Part shown: positions 1-22,183 of the stretch, in pieces
How positions within the stretch are numbered: the first letter of the stretch is position 1
Layout: every line of letters starts with the position of its first letter
Source: Marsupella aquatica
Lineage: Eukaryota; Plantae; Marchantiophyta
Reading direction: 5' to 3'
Length of the DNA: 64,000 nt
NCBI GenBank assembly: GCA_973895155.1
Contig: OZ316896.1
Span: forward strand, 4,179,595 to 4,243,594
Translations under genes and position numbers: made by a program
The notes under the pieces: model-generated
Database searches by the model: none
What the model was told of the DNA's origin: nothing
Seen by the model: only the letters and a program-made list of their open reading frames with translations

Positions 1-3000
1 CCCTAAGCACAACATCCTCCCTCCACCTAAAGTGCAGAATCAGGCCCAGCAAATGCTGCTAATATGTTTGGCTTGCATCAAATGTCCAGAGCAAAGCATC
101 AAATGTCCAAAGCATAGCCATCTAGAGCTCCAATTGAGCCTCCACCTTGAGAAAACATCCTGCCTCCATTCCATGTGCAACATAGGGCCGCAACAGTTGT
201 TGCTTTTCACTTTTCAAAGACCCACAACTATTGAGCCCCAATGTACACATAGAGTCTAAAACACATCAAGTCCCCACCATTGGATTCCTCACCCTATCGT
301 GAGAATTGGGCTGCCCCATGCAAATACGTTGATGCATTTGAAACCGTATTTGTTTAACGCACCTTTTTCAAAAATTGTGCTCTATATAGCTACTGCCTTG
401 GATACCCCTACTATTGCTTTGGATGGGTTAATAGTGCATTGATGAGTTATTGAATACACAACCCATCTCCTGCCAACACCTATCTGTAAGAAATTTTAAA
501 AGTTGCAAAACCTTAAATATACGTGATGCCTTAAACTCCTGATGCTGGACCACCTTGGGGACCACATTCAATACATCCAATCTTTTGTCAGGACCTATTT
601 CTTTTAAAATTCAAAGTTGCTTTTCTTTGGCATGCCTCATTGAATACACCAAATAGTTTGGCAAGACCTTTTCCTTTTAAAATGTTAAAGTTTTTTTTTT
701 CTGTTTGCTTTATCTCCTGATTTTCTGGACTACAGAACAAAATAACTCATCATGTTCCAGGGTGAGTATGCTATATGGAAATTGTAGACCCCCTAAAACT
801 CCAGGTTTTCTATTTTGTATATTCTTTACATATGATTGTTTTCATCCATTATGTCATATGTGTTGTGGCCATTTAGTTTTCTTTGTCAGTATAGGGGACC
901 AAAGCAGGTCTCCAAAAGCATTAATGAGGGGAGTGGTATCTCCCTAGGGGGCCAAGGGCAAAACCCAAGTTGTGAATCGGGACGGTTCGCGACACTAAGA
1001 AGAAACACTAAATGAAAATAACAATCACTTCTCAATAGGAAATCCGTTGGAAGACTTCTTGGATGCATTGGAAATATCTTTAAAATGACTATATTCTCCT
1101 GAGCTCATCTTGGTCTGGGGGTGCCATTGGTTCTCAAGGTTTGCGGGGCTATCCCACCCGCTTGCCAGATCCTGCCAAAACCGCAGCCAAGTTGCGTTCA
1201 CTTTCCCACGGGAGCTTGCATTGGGGAGGTCACATTGGGACCAAACACATTCAGTCTCGTGGACCCGGGCTCAAAAAGGGGAAGAACATTGCAAGGCAGC
1301 CAAATGCCACCCACCAAAACAACACACTGCATACTAGAAGGCTGACTCAGCCTAGAGAACAAGAAGAGACCCAACAAAAGCAAGGATCTGAGCATTTGAA
1401 TCTTTGGCGTAAATCCAAACAAAAAGGAATCACCATTGTTGGAAAAACTCCTAAACAAAAAGAACACAATACCAGTAACCAAATCCACGAGATGAGCAAC
1501 ATCAACAACTTCAAGCCGAATCAAACACCCATAATGGGCTGTAGACAACCACCACCACATTATCAACCAACCAATAGATTCCACCATCGCTACCAAAATC
1601 CCTTGTCATACGCCCAATCAACTATTTTCCGACTCTAACAGAAATCCTCAGATCCGCCATCCCCTAGAACCAAGTCATCTTGATGCACAGCCAGATCTTC
1701 ATTTGAGCTTTGATCACCAATATTCACTCATTTTCCCGTTTGAGAGTACACCTAGCTTTCCATAACTACCAATTTGTAATGTTAAATAGGATTAACTCTC
1801 TCTTGGGTTAATTTCTAGTTACTTAGGCTAAACCACCATTAGGGTGTTCTCTTGCATTTACCATATAGAGGGGCTAGGAAGAGCTCTTCTTGGAAACTCA
1901 TGCTCTAGTAGCTCCAAGAAAAACTCATGAGATTGGACAAGGAGGTTTTGTGTGACCATGGTGGCCAAAGCTTAGTAAAGCTCTAGTGTAACGTAATCTC
2001 CGTGGAAGTGAATAAAGTATCTCTGTGTGCATGCTTGCTGGTTGTGCTCATGGTTGTATTGTGCCGGTTTTCCCAGTTCGTAATCCCACGAACCAACTGC
2101 CAGAGTTTACGTGGAAATGCACAATAAATGCCTTGCAGCAGAACACCCAAAATTGCATGGATGGCATCAAAGGAAAAGGTACAACTCGGGGCTAACAGTG
2201 CTCTCTTCATTACAATTTTAATCCAGTCCCAAATCCTTTGCATCGACATTGCATCTTGTGCACCACCACTCAGGATCCCACCGAGAGAATGGAATAATAC
2301 CAGCCTCATCTCATTGAATTGGCAATTCCGTGCACCAATTGCCACAAGAATATGTTCTGAATCACCTTTTCCTCCTGTGATTTCACCACTCTCCTGTGAT
2401 CCGACTGAACACCACTAACCACACCATCCTGTGACCCAGAAAGAACACCTGATATGGGTGTATGTTATTAGACCAGAAAATGACACACAAGTGTTGCAAC
2501 TCCATAGGTTATCAGTCACCTATATCACAGTCAGGTATTAGTTCTTTCCATGTGGAACCTTAATCCCTATTCAGCAAGGCTGTGAAGATTGCTCATCAAG
2601 GGTGCCCAGTTGATGAAGGGACTCCGCCAGAGATCAACCACCTATAAATTCTCACTCAACAAGGAGGTTGAGTGAAACAGTACATTAATGAGTATAGCCA
2701 TGTTTGACCCAAAGAGGTAGTTGAGTGAAACAGTGACCCGGCATGGTTGGTCAAAAGAAAATTTTTCCAACTTAGCAAGGCCGTGGAGAGAAGACAGCCA
2801 GTCACCAGAATGATGACAAAGTTCAGTGAGGTCATTGAGCTTCACTTACATGGTAGATTGATAATTGAAGAGTTAGTAAGACTGTTTTAAAGGGATATGG
2901 ACAGAATTTGTGGACAGCAGTTTTTTTATCATTTCTTTTGGATTGAGTCCAAGTTAGCGTTAGAGGGCGATGCAAAGCTCTGATTCATTTTCGGTTACCT

Positions 3001-3163
3001 AGTTCAACAACGATAGGGTAGTTCTTACAACGATGTAATCTCCAAAAGCTTTTCCTGCATTCAACTGCGGCTTGAGAACAACTGAAGGTCGGCGACTATA
3101 TCAGAGAGATGGTCTGAGGGACTGTGGCCAGCCAGGTCCAAAGACCCCATGCTCTCGCGCAGT

Positions 3164-3220
3164 TGGAAATGTTAACAGGATTGAACTTAAATGGAAATGC
3201 TAACAGGATTGAACTTAAAT
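3164..3220. repeat. 28-bp tandem duplication
   Basis: TGGAAATG(T/C)TAACAGGATTGAACTTAAA occurs twice back to back. Confidence 0.85.
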
Positions 3221-3727
3221 TTCCCAAGATTTCTAGATAGCACCCAGCGTGAGGACGCGGCATTGAGACCTGACTTGGATTGGGACGACTACGGGACGCA
3301 AGGAGTACACATGATAGCTCAATTCAGAGGCAACTCAGAAGACTTGGCATTTATTCATTGAAGTCACCCGTTAAGCCCTTGCAGACAAGGAACAAGTAAC
3401 AGTACGCCAGATTTTCTTACTATGTCTCAAAGGCCTCTCGGATAAGGATTACTTCATCCACATGCTTTTCCGAGGTTGTCGATATTCTCCCAGGCATCGT
3501 TGACTGTCATGGACGATGTAGACTCGGAGAGGCAGACTTGGATCTCACACCATTTTTAATCATTCCGACTTCTCATGACACAAACTTCTTTGAGCCTACA
3601 TCGCCCGTGACACTCAACTCGCCCATTTTCCGTTGAAACCACTTGATTCTGTCCTTTTCGGACCCGCTCTGTTGACGACGACGGAGAAAGACGGACCTCA
3701 TATGGAAATGAATTCGATCGCTTTCAT

Positions 3728-3948
3728 TATCAATAAAGCAAGTGTCCTCACACTCTGCGGAAGGTGTTTCGCACTTGCTTTACTGAGAATGTCAAAGCGT
3801 CCAAATTCCCATAGTTTAGTTGAGCCAAACCCCTCATGGAATTTCGGTCATTAACAGTATCAAGAAAGCAAGTTTCTCCACACATCGCTACCACAATGTT
3901 AAGCACTTGCTTTGTTGATAATGTGAAAGCATCCGAATGCCCATAGTA
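3728..3948. repeat. Two diverged ~130-bp tandem units, each containing a 17-bp imperfect inverted repeat
   Basis: TATCAATAAAGCAAGTG...CACTTGCTTTACTGAGA (3728-3788) and TATCAAGAAAGCAAGTT...CACTTGCTTTGTTGATA (3858-3920). Both are followed by a similar AATGT..AAAGC.TCC.AAT.CCCATAGT tail. Confidence 0.75.
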
Positions 3949-4854
3949 AATGAATCAACAGGCTTGTCGTGGCCGTCGCGTACACGTCCCCAAACAACAG
4001 GACAGTTTAGGAGCCAAGGACTTCCCTCGGTCCATCGGCAGGGATAGCAGAAGAGCAACGAGGGAGCCTCAAGCGCAGGCATCGTATACACTGGCTAGGC
4101 GACAGCGATGGCTCACCTTCAAACACATCAGGGCAAAATGAGCACAAAGCACGACAACAAGCAACAGGAGAGGCAGCCATCACCGACGTCTCAACTCGGG
4201 CCTTCAAATCTGCTAAGCTATCACTGAAGCAGAGCCACCTGTACATCCAGCGCTGGCCATAACAATATTAGTTCTTAGCAAGAATCGACAACTCCACTCG
4301 CCAACTCGAGTTTGATCACTCAGGGGTAGGCAAGGGAGAACAGATCACACCGGGTGCTTGACTTCAAAGCGAAGTCTAGCTCGAAGTCTTTAAAGGCAAC
4401 TTACCCAGAAAACCCTACAGGTAGCAAGTGAGTACCCAAACCAAGGAGGATCCACTAGGACAACTACCAAAATTAAGCCATAAGAAGTGATACCCGATCG
4501 TCGCAGCTTCTAACCTTCACATGAGAGCTACGACTGGAACGAACAAAAACGAGACTACTCGAAAAAGAGAGTTACGACGCATTCCAGCAACAAAGTGACA
4601 AAAAGTTTTAAAAAACAATCAGAGTAGGAGGCAACTAGACTGTAATATGTAACTTGTTGCGGCTCTTTCCCTAACCTCGACGAGGGCGACCTACAGGTTC
4701 CGCACCAAGACCTGGGTCAGTGTTCGGTGCTCACGTATGTCTCGATGACACACTGTACTCATATTCTTCAGCTAACAATGCCCCTCGAGCTCGAGCTGCA
4801 GCGCGCTCCGGGGAGTGGTTAGGCCAGATCACATGACCAAACGAGACTCTCCCC

Positions 4855-5250
4855 CAAGCACATGACCTCAACGTCGAATGCAACAACATCGCAATCACCT
4901 CACTTCACAGCTCAACTCTTCGAACCAAACCGAGACAACTGTTCACCACATTTTCGAGTCGGCACTCGTACACCCGGTAGCGTCAGACAGAATCTGGTGC
5001 GGCTTCCCCACAAGACTCTCCCCCGAAGCACACGACCTCAACGTCGACGATATCGACATCGCCATCACCTCACTTCACAGGTCACAGCTCAAACCTTCAG
5101 ACCGAGCAGAGACAATTGTGGACCACATTTTCGAGCCGACCCTCGTACACTCGATAGCCTCAAGACTTCAAGAGAGCAACTGGTGCGGCTTCTTCACGGC
5201 ACCCTCCCCGACACACAAAATCTCACTTCATCGACAATATCGACATCGCC
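4855..5250. repeat. Diverged ~170-bp tandem repeat (two copies plus a partial third), probably TE-derived
   Basis: GACCTCAACGTCGA...CATCGC.ATCACCTCACTTCACAG...CCACATTTTCGAG...CTCGTACAC...CTGGTGCGGCTTC occurs at ~4858-5010 and ~5027-5195. Confidence 0.75.
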
Positions 5251-5750
5251 ACGCCCACCACGAGACCCCATCCACTTCGTCTGGGCCAGGTCAAATCTCA
5301 AGACGTGCTTTGAGTGCTCGACGTGCAGCTCGAGTGCTCGACAGGTGATCAGTGGCCACGTCGTCCACTCCCTCCTGCACCATCCGATCAGCTCGCCACT
5401 CCATACTGCACCATCCGATCAGCGCGCCATCGGCGGCGACATGTTTCCTTAGTAGGGTTTCCGTAATTAGGGTTTCAAACAGAACGTTACGGGGGCGTTG
5501 CAAAGAACTACTCTAGGCCACGGGTCCCTTTTCTCCCATGTGTGCGATCCAATCGTAGCCATCCAAATATGAGATTTAAATATGGGAAGAGGGTGGACTT
5601 GATTTTACATGAACTTGGGGGTACCATTATGGGAAATAAAGTTTCTAATTGAAAAGGAAACAAAATGACTTCTGTAGAAAGTGTAGTAAACAAATGAAAG
5701 TGAAATGAGTCAAATTTTCACCGTTATGTAAATTAGTTCGTGGACCCCTA

Positions 5751-5897
5751 TTAACGAAAAGCTTCAGATGACATCAATTCCTTGAACTCTTGAAAGTCCA
5801 CCTTCCCATTACCGTCCGCATCGACTCTCTTGATCATCTGTTGGCACTTCTTATAACTATGTCGTTCTTTCATACCCAGGCTTTTCAACATCATCTG
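5751..5897 (-). pseudogene. Calmodulin-like (CML) C-terminal EF-hand fragment
   Basis: The minus-strand translation QMMLKSLGMKERHSYKKCQQMIKRVDADGNGKVDFQEFKELMSSEAFR* contains a canonical 12-residue EF-hand loop (DADGNGKVDFQE) and the preceding CML helix. An in-frame stop lies just upstream and no N-terminal EF-hands are visible. Confidence 0.75.
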
Positions 5898-6289
5898 CAC
5901 GTAGACGAGGCCCTACTAAACCCTGCTAAGCTTGCTTCTCTTTCGTTCACTCGTGCCTCATGCGTTGGACAATCTAACAGTAGCAAGAGGCATCACCGAG
6001 TGATGACGCCATGGAAAGGAGTGTTGAGTGATCAACATAAAATCATGTCCACTTCTTCCTTGCCTGATTCCTTGGTGGCAGCAGAAGGTTGAGAAAATTG
6101 TCACGATTATTTTGTCATCAGATCAACTTGCCCGGAGAGAATTAGTTATTATTCACTTGAAACACAATTCAGAATGTGGGTGGGCAGCGGTTACTCAGGG
6201 TTAAAAAAACGGAAGGTGGGCCTCCTACTAATTGAACAATATGCTACCTAGGGTAAATAAACGGTTATTTTTCAAATATTTTTACATCA

Positions 6290-6460
6290 AGGTTTATGGT
6301 ATGGCGCCCTCAATTTTACCAAAATCATGTCACAGACACGAATGTTGAAACAATTTTATTTTGTAAACCAATCCGTACCTGTTTGCAATGCGTCTTGATG
6401 ACGTGGTGCGTTGTGGAGTCTCAAATTTTGGAAGGGACCTATAGTGGGGTCCATAATGAC
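6290..6460. mobile_element. Half copy of the foldback element family seen at 40400-40812
   Basis: GTGGAGTCTCAAATTTTG(G/A)AAGGGACCT(A/C)TAGTGGGGTCC(A/G)TAATG is shared with ~40525-40572, and the GG(T/C)ATGGCGCCC terminal-like motif is also shared. Confidence 0.6.
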
Positions 6461-7329
6461 AAGAGAATTAAAGAAAAAAATGAAAGAACTTTAGCTTGAT
6501 TTTCAACTTTAAGATAAAGTATGACAAAACATGAAAACAATATTCTCTTGCATTAAACCTATAGGAAACCTCCTTAACCCTGGACAAGTCATACTTGCTT
6601 TTGAAAAAAATACATTTGAAAGGACTCATTAAATGAAGCTTGATTAATGAAATGTATTCTTGATAACACAACTTTCACCCTGGCTCCACAAAATTTAGAA
6701 TTTATTTGTTTTTCTCATATTTGGCTCTACCTAAGACACCCCCAAGGATAGTCTGCATGAATTGTGGGAGTAAGTGTTATTTCCATGTTTCACTTAAAAA
6801 ACAATTGTGCACAAAGGCCCCAAAACTAAATTTATGAGTGAGGTGAAGATTGGAAAAAATTAAAAAATCAAATGCACTTTGAGCCATAAAAAAAAATGTG
6901 TGGCTTTGCTCAGTTCAAGTAGGCATAGTCAAATGGCACTATTGTATGTAATCACAACACAAGATCTACAGTAGCTCACTAGTATGTCTTACCTTTCTAG
7001 GGGATAATTATTTACAGAGCTTGAGACACCCTTGAGAGTAAGCACAACTCTACATTTCATGGACTTGGCATGAAAATGTATAGGACAAGATTCCTTGCAA
7101 CATCAAAAGTGGGATGCCCACTGTTACAACACAAGAAAAATATAGGATTAAGGGCATACGGTCTGCTTTATAAGATACAGACTGACAGTATATCAACCAG
7201 TGTATGCAAGGAGAAATATAGGAGATCGTGCACTCGTAAAGGGAGTTGTATGCATTTGACCTATTTTTATGTCTCTGTTCATTTAGGATTGGACCTGCTG
7301 ACATTTCTATTGTGTTTGCTGGCAATGAG

Positions 7330-7640
7330 AAATTAAAATTTACATGTGGAGAGGAGAGACATTTGTATAGTGTTTGCCTGCAATGAGAAATTGAAACCTA
7401 CATGTGTGGAGATGAATAAGTGGCCACGGACCATAATAAGTGAAAAGCAGGACCTTAAAACTTAAAAGTGCCCACAAAGAGCATGGAAGTTTTTACAAAT
7501 GTGGAGAATTTTTATGTGTGGAGATGAAGCTTAAAAGTGCCCACAGAGAGCATGGAAATTTTTGCACGTCATGTGTGGAGATGGATAGGTGGCCAAGGAC
7601 CATAATAAGTGAAAGGCATGACCGTAAAAGTGCCCTTGTT
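7330..7640. repeat. Interleaved short direct repeats upstream of the SDHAF1-like gene
   Basis: CATGTGTGGAGATG.ATA.GTGGCCA.GGACCATAATAAGTGAAA at ~7400 and ~7570; CTTAAAAGTGCCCACA.AGAGCATGGAA at ~7461 and ~7530. Confidence 0.75.
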
Positions 7641-7745
7641 TCTTTTGAAGATTTCACAAGCTTGGCCTGCAAAATCCATGCCACTCAAAATTTGTTGAGT
7701 TGTGAGCGCTGTCTAAAGATCGTGAGCTCATCAGGGGAGGGGCGG

Positions 7746-7994
7746 ATGATGGCACGACTGTCAGGACTTCAAAGGCAGGTTCTCAGTCTTCACAGATCGC
7801 TGCTGCGGGCAGCTCGTAGTAAACCTCCGGACGCCCGTTGGCAGATGGAGCGGTTCGTGAATGCCGAATTCCGTAGATACGCGGCCGTCGATAGGAAGAA
7901 TTACCTCCTCATCGAACACTTGCTGCGCCGCGGGCATAAGCAGCTGGAGACTCTGAGAAGCTCCGAGGGTTTTTCCGTCATCGAGGTGAAATAG
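7746..7994 (+). CDS. SDHAF1: LYR-motif protein, succinate dehydrogenase assembly factor 1-like (mitochondrial), 82 aa
   Basis: MMARLSGLQRQVLSLHRSLLRAAR...AEFRRYAAVDRKNYLLIEHLLRRGHKQLE matches the SDHAF1/Sdh6 pattern (RLSGLQ.QVL.LYR...EFR...IEHLLRRG.KQL). The upstream part of ORF 7440-7994 is repeat-derived. Confidence 0.9.
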   Translation: MMARLSGLQRQVLSLHRSLLRAARSKPPDARWQMERFVNAEFRRYAAVDRKNYLLIEHLLRRGHKQLETLRSSEGFSVIEVK

Positions 7995-8825
7995 GGAAAG
8001 CAATCGCACTGAGACGGTCCAGTCGGGAGATATCCTATTCTCTCTACATCTCTCTCTTTCTCTCTTTCTCTCTCTCGTTCTCACTTTCCCTGCAGCTATG
8101 CCGGTCGACCAGGGTCGACATCGCCATGGCGTGAGAGAGCACAGCATCGGAATTTGCGACAACCGCATTTGTTCAGTTGGATTGATGTCTGATGGTTTCT
8201 ACTGTTCTCTTCCGTTTACATTTCACCGTCGCTGCTGATGTTTGCCCTCTCAACTGTGAGTAATATGAGTTTTCGGTAGAACTTTCTCCTCTACAGGATA
8301 ACCTGTGGAGTGTGAAGTCGCGATAATGCTCAGAGCTTCGAAAATATGAAATCTTGTGAATAACAATTTTCTCTGATCTGAACGACTTAGTTCCTCTCAA
8401 CTAGGAATGATTAGTATTCCCTCTACAGCATTCTCGTCCTTGAATCGCGATGATGTATATATTTTTTTCATAGCTAAGGGCTAAAAGTATTTTTTCTACT
8501 ATTGAGAACTTGAAAACAGATCTCTCATGAGCAAATTAATGGCATGATCTGAGCGAATCATAAGTAGATTGCGTCAAACTTACTCTCGCATTGCTAGACA
8601 CATTGGCAAGAACGACATCCCAGTACCTCTCACGTACATGCCTTAATGCACGTTGCCAGTACCCAAGTGGTCAATGGTGATATGGGCTTCTCAAATATTC
8701 GCAGTGGCAACCCAAGGTCGAGTTCTCTCCCGCCAGGTTCTCTCCCGACAATTTATGGGTAAAAACCTGCCTTGGATATTCGATCCTACGTCGCTCATTC
8801 TTCTAATTGAGCTCATGTTCTAAAG

Positions 8826-9240
8826 CTCGGAGAGTGCGTTTGAAGCGAGTAGTGTACAGGACACAAAAAATTGTACTTGAACACCTGCACTTGAATCGGT
8901 AAGTGGGAACTCAAACGGTTGCAATACTGCTGATGGACCCGACTGTTACTCGAATCGAACTAGGAACAAACTATCTGAGAGGACTCGCTTCAAACGCACT
9001 CTCCGAGTACAAGTACCACAAACGTTCAAACGAGTACAAGCGAGTACAAGCGAGTACAAAGGAATTTTCCAAATAGTGGACGTCGAGTCAGACGAGTTGC
9101 TCATTCCCTGCTTGATTCAATTTTTGTCCTCGCTTCAAACGAATTCCTTTGTGGTACTTGTACTCGCTTGTACTCGCTTGAGAGTGCGTTTGAAGCGAGT
9201 ACAAGTACCACAAACGTTCAAACGCTTCTTTGTGGTACTG
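8826..9240. mobile_element. MITE-like element with a perfect 25-bp inverted repeat (8826-9007) followed by rearranged copies of its termini
   Basis: CTCGGAGAGTGCGTTTGAAGCGAGT (8826-8850) is the exact reverse complement of 8983-9007. CAAGCGAGTA units and a second GAGAGTGCGTTTGAAGCGAGT copy lie in 9008-9240. Confidence 0.7.
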
Positions 9241-10720
9241 AAAGTCAGTCCCTGCATGTTTTCTGTGATGTGTTTACGGGTAAATGGTGGCACTACTCTC
9301 CTATTGACAAAGGATCTAGGCATTCCTGATGTTCAGCTAGATTTTGGAAGAGCAATGTAATTGCCGTCTAATGACACTTGCTGTGCTGGTATATGTCAGT
9401 CGGTTGACCTCGAAAAGGTTTTCTATACGGAATTCTAACGAGCTTTCGAACCCTGAGCTTCGACCAAAAACCCTAAACCCTCTGAGTATGTCTTCCTTTC
9501 AACTGTCCAGCTAGAACTCTCGTTCTTTTCAGTAGCCTTTAAACCAAATGCGACTTTCACGTTTCGGTTTCGACATCACATGCTTTTTGAGTATTTCTGT
9601 GCGCTGTTCGACCAAAATTAGACCGAAGTTTCGGTTTCGAACTGAAAATCATTCTCCTCGTACGATTGACATTTGGTGCCGAGTCTGATTGACGACAAAA
9701 ATATAGTTACTTCGACTACTGGTAATGATTGACATTAGATATCCACTGGGTGCCATTGATTCAGTACCTGTTGACACCAGGTGCACCAAGATGTGCATCC
9801 AATGAGAGTTTCTATTCCTCATGACAAAATAATTCCGGGTCGACATCAGGAGAATTCCTGGAAAATTTACCCCCACAACAAGAATGTTCTTGTTAACTCT
9901 ACGATCTACAACCTAAACTTCGATACTATTGTTTCCGCAAGAAAAAGACGAATTCCCGTGACAAAATTTGAACAGACCTACTTGAGCAGACCTTCCGGGG
10001 AAATTGCTAAAAATGTTCGCTGCCAGTTAACACAAACCAACGAACCGCAGCGGAATATTCTTTGTTCTTACTAGAACGTATTAAGATCGCAGGTTAGTTC
10101 CTCACTTGCAATTCATGATGTTCCTGGTGACGAAGGCATTGCTGACTGTTTCCTGCACGACAAGGAATGGTTTGGCGTTGCAAAGTAGCAGATCTTAGCT
10201 CCAGTAATGGCAATGGCCTTAAATTACTTTTAAGGCCGTCTAAAACTCTACCTTAGACTCTGGAGGTGTAAAATTATACGCCGTACGCTGAGTTTACATG
10301 TATCCCCTGGAATGATCTCTATATTACACTATGTGGCAACTGCTACTTTAGGGATGAAGTAGCCAGTTATCCTTTGTTGTCTACCGCTGTCTAAAACCGC
10401 TTCCTTCTTGTCCAAATTAATCGAGAAAGGCTTTCTTGAAGAGGTCTCCGCTTCCTGTATGATTCAGAATGCCCACCACATGCACAGTTCAGTAAAATCT
10501 CGAAGAAGAACACAAATTGCACAAAAAATACCGAATTGAGTATGAAGACTGTTGGTTCTCTGTTCTTTCTGCAAATAAAATCACGATTTGGTGTGTTCAT
10601 GATCTGCATGCGACAGTGGATATAGTACAGCAACGAGCTTCTCTCAGCACCAAAACTACAAGCTGACCGCTCTTGATTGAAACATCCTCCAACATTGTCT
10701 GAAATAAAATAGAAACAGGA

Positions 10721-20404
<9,684 letters not shown>

Positions 20405-22183
20405 TGTGCCAAGGGTCTCGTTGAAAGCAACAGCTAGTGCTTAAAGACTGGACAAGTCTACCACCAACTTAGATCCCAAAAGGCAGGGGGCGGACCACGG
20501 CGATTCGTTCGCGAAGGTAGCGGCTCTGTAAAACAGCAAAGCTACGGGAAGTCTTCCTCAGCCAAGAAACAATTTCTCTACTGTCAACACTCGAGCAATG
20601 ATAACTTCTCCACGCTGATCACTGAGTAGCCTGGCTATTCATAAAAGGGAGCCTGGAGACAGAACGCTTGTTCTAATTTCCAAAAATCAAACCCGGAATG
20701 TTATATACCACCAAGCCGAGCCTGTCAAGTGCAATCCCCATTATTATCAGAATAATCAGACGAAAAAATGCGTAGCCTCATAGGTAAGAGATCCCAATGC
20801 TCCCACCCGGAGCTACTCCGTTGCTCTTCCGACAAGTAAACTCGGATCCTTATCGGAAGAACGGAAACTACACGGAATTCAGTCGACGTCCATACAAAGA
20901 TACCTAAATAATCCAGAGTGCTCCAGCAATCGGCCAGAACAACAAAAAATCATAAACGGATGCAACCAGCCACGGCCTCCTCACACTGCAGAAGAGGAAC
21001 ATCAGGGCCTAGCAGAGCATCGATCACTCCACAGCTTCACAGGAGCACGAGCTCTGCAAACCCTGCCCCAATCAACGCACCGATCGATTCATCGTGATAT
21101 AAAATCAGACCCTGAAATAATCTCCTGATCGCCGAACACAAAAACCTTGCCACAGCTATATCTAAGTCGAATCGCATTGCGCAGCCAGAGCGTCCGAGAC
21201 CACCACGAACGCACCTTACCGCCCGTTAATTACAGTCTCGCGCACCCCTCCCAACAAACTCTTCCACTTCCATCTCCTCCTTCGCTTCGCTATATGCTTT
21301 GCCACTGGACGTCCGTGGCGCGAGAGGCACGGCCAATAAATAAACCCGCGAAAATCAACCGAAACGCCTGCGATTTGAAACCAAGCGTGTGAGCCTCCGA
21401 AATTTTGAAGGCTGCTGTCAGCCAGGGAGGGAGGGATCCGATTACCATTCTACAGTAGTCTCCCGCACAAATTCACCTCATCATTGATCGCGCGCGATTC
21501 GCCCTCCTATTTTGAACAATCCCGCTTCTTCCTCTCCTCTCTTCCCTCCCTCCCAGGCTCCCCACTCCCTTCCTTTCCTCCCGTGCCTCCGTCCTTTCCC
21601 TCCCCTAAAGTTCCCGTCCTTCCGTCTTTCGCTCCTCTGTTTTGAACCCAATTCGTAGCCTTACTCACTCATAAAATCAACGAAACAAGGAAATCCTCCA
21701 ACCTTCGCTCTCTCCCCCCCCCCTTTGCTGCTCTATGCTTTTCGCAGGGATCTCAACATTTCCGCTTCTGCCGTTCGTTCTCTTTCGCTCCGTTCTGTTC
21801 TGTTCTATTCTGTTCCTCGATCTCGCCCGTGCCTGCGTCCGACTACTGTGAGCGTCGAATACTGTAATGACACTTTTCGGTTTGTTTTTTCTTTTCCTAT
21901 GCGGGCGAGCGATGAACTGGATGGATGGTCCACCGCAGCCCTCTCTGCTCCACTCCGGCAGCTCCTCCTCTCCTCTACTGTACGTCCCTAAATCCTACAC
22001 GCAAGGACGCGCGATTATTCTATTTAATTAATTCTAGATCTTGAAATATATTCTACGAGCGTTTTGATCGAAGCCGTCTATTTTAGGCATCGACGTCTCG
22101 ATTGAAAACTCAGTGGGGAGATTTAATTTGATGTTGAATAACGATGTGCGGACCGTATTATCATTATCAGTAGGTGTTGTTAT

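Noticed and set aside
1110-2420. Several overlapping 75-165-aa ORFs
   Set aside because: No recognisable domain and no consistent splice structure; likely decayed repeat sequence.
2940-4400. Possible LINE endonuclease remnant (minus-strand LTGDFNE near 3355-3375)
   Set aside because: It is a single short motif among stops, with no other APE or RT motif recognised. Probably TE debris but not assignable by eye.
7440-7745. N-terminal 102-aa extension of the SDHAF1 ORF in the ORF track
   Set aside because: It starts at a GTG and runs through local direct repeats; family similarity begins only at the ATG at 7746/7749.
9469-9481. Telomere-like AAACCCTAAACCCT (similar motifs at ~5452, ~17019, ~58319, ~62690)
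   Set aside because: Only one or two units each, which is common telo-box background and not an interstitial telomere array.
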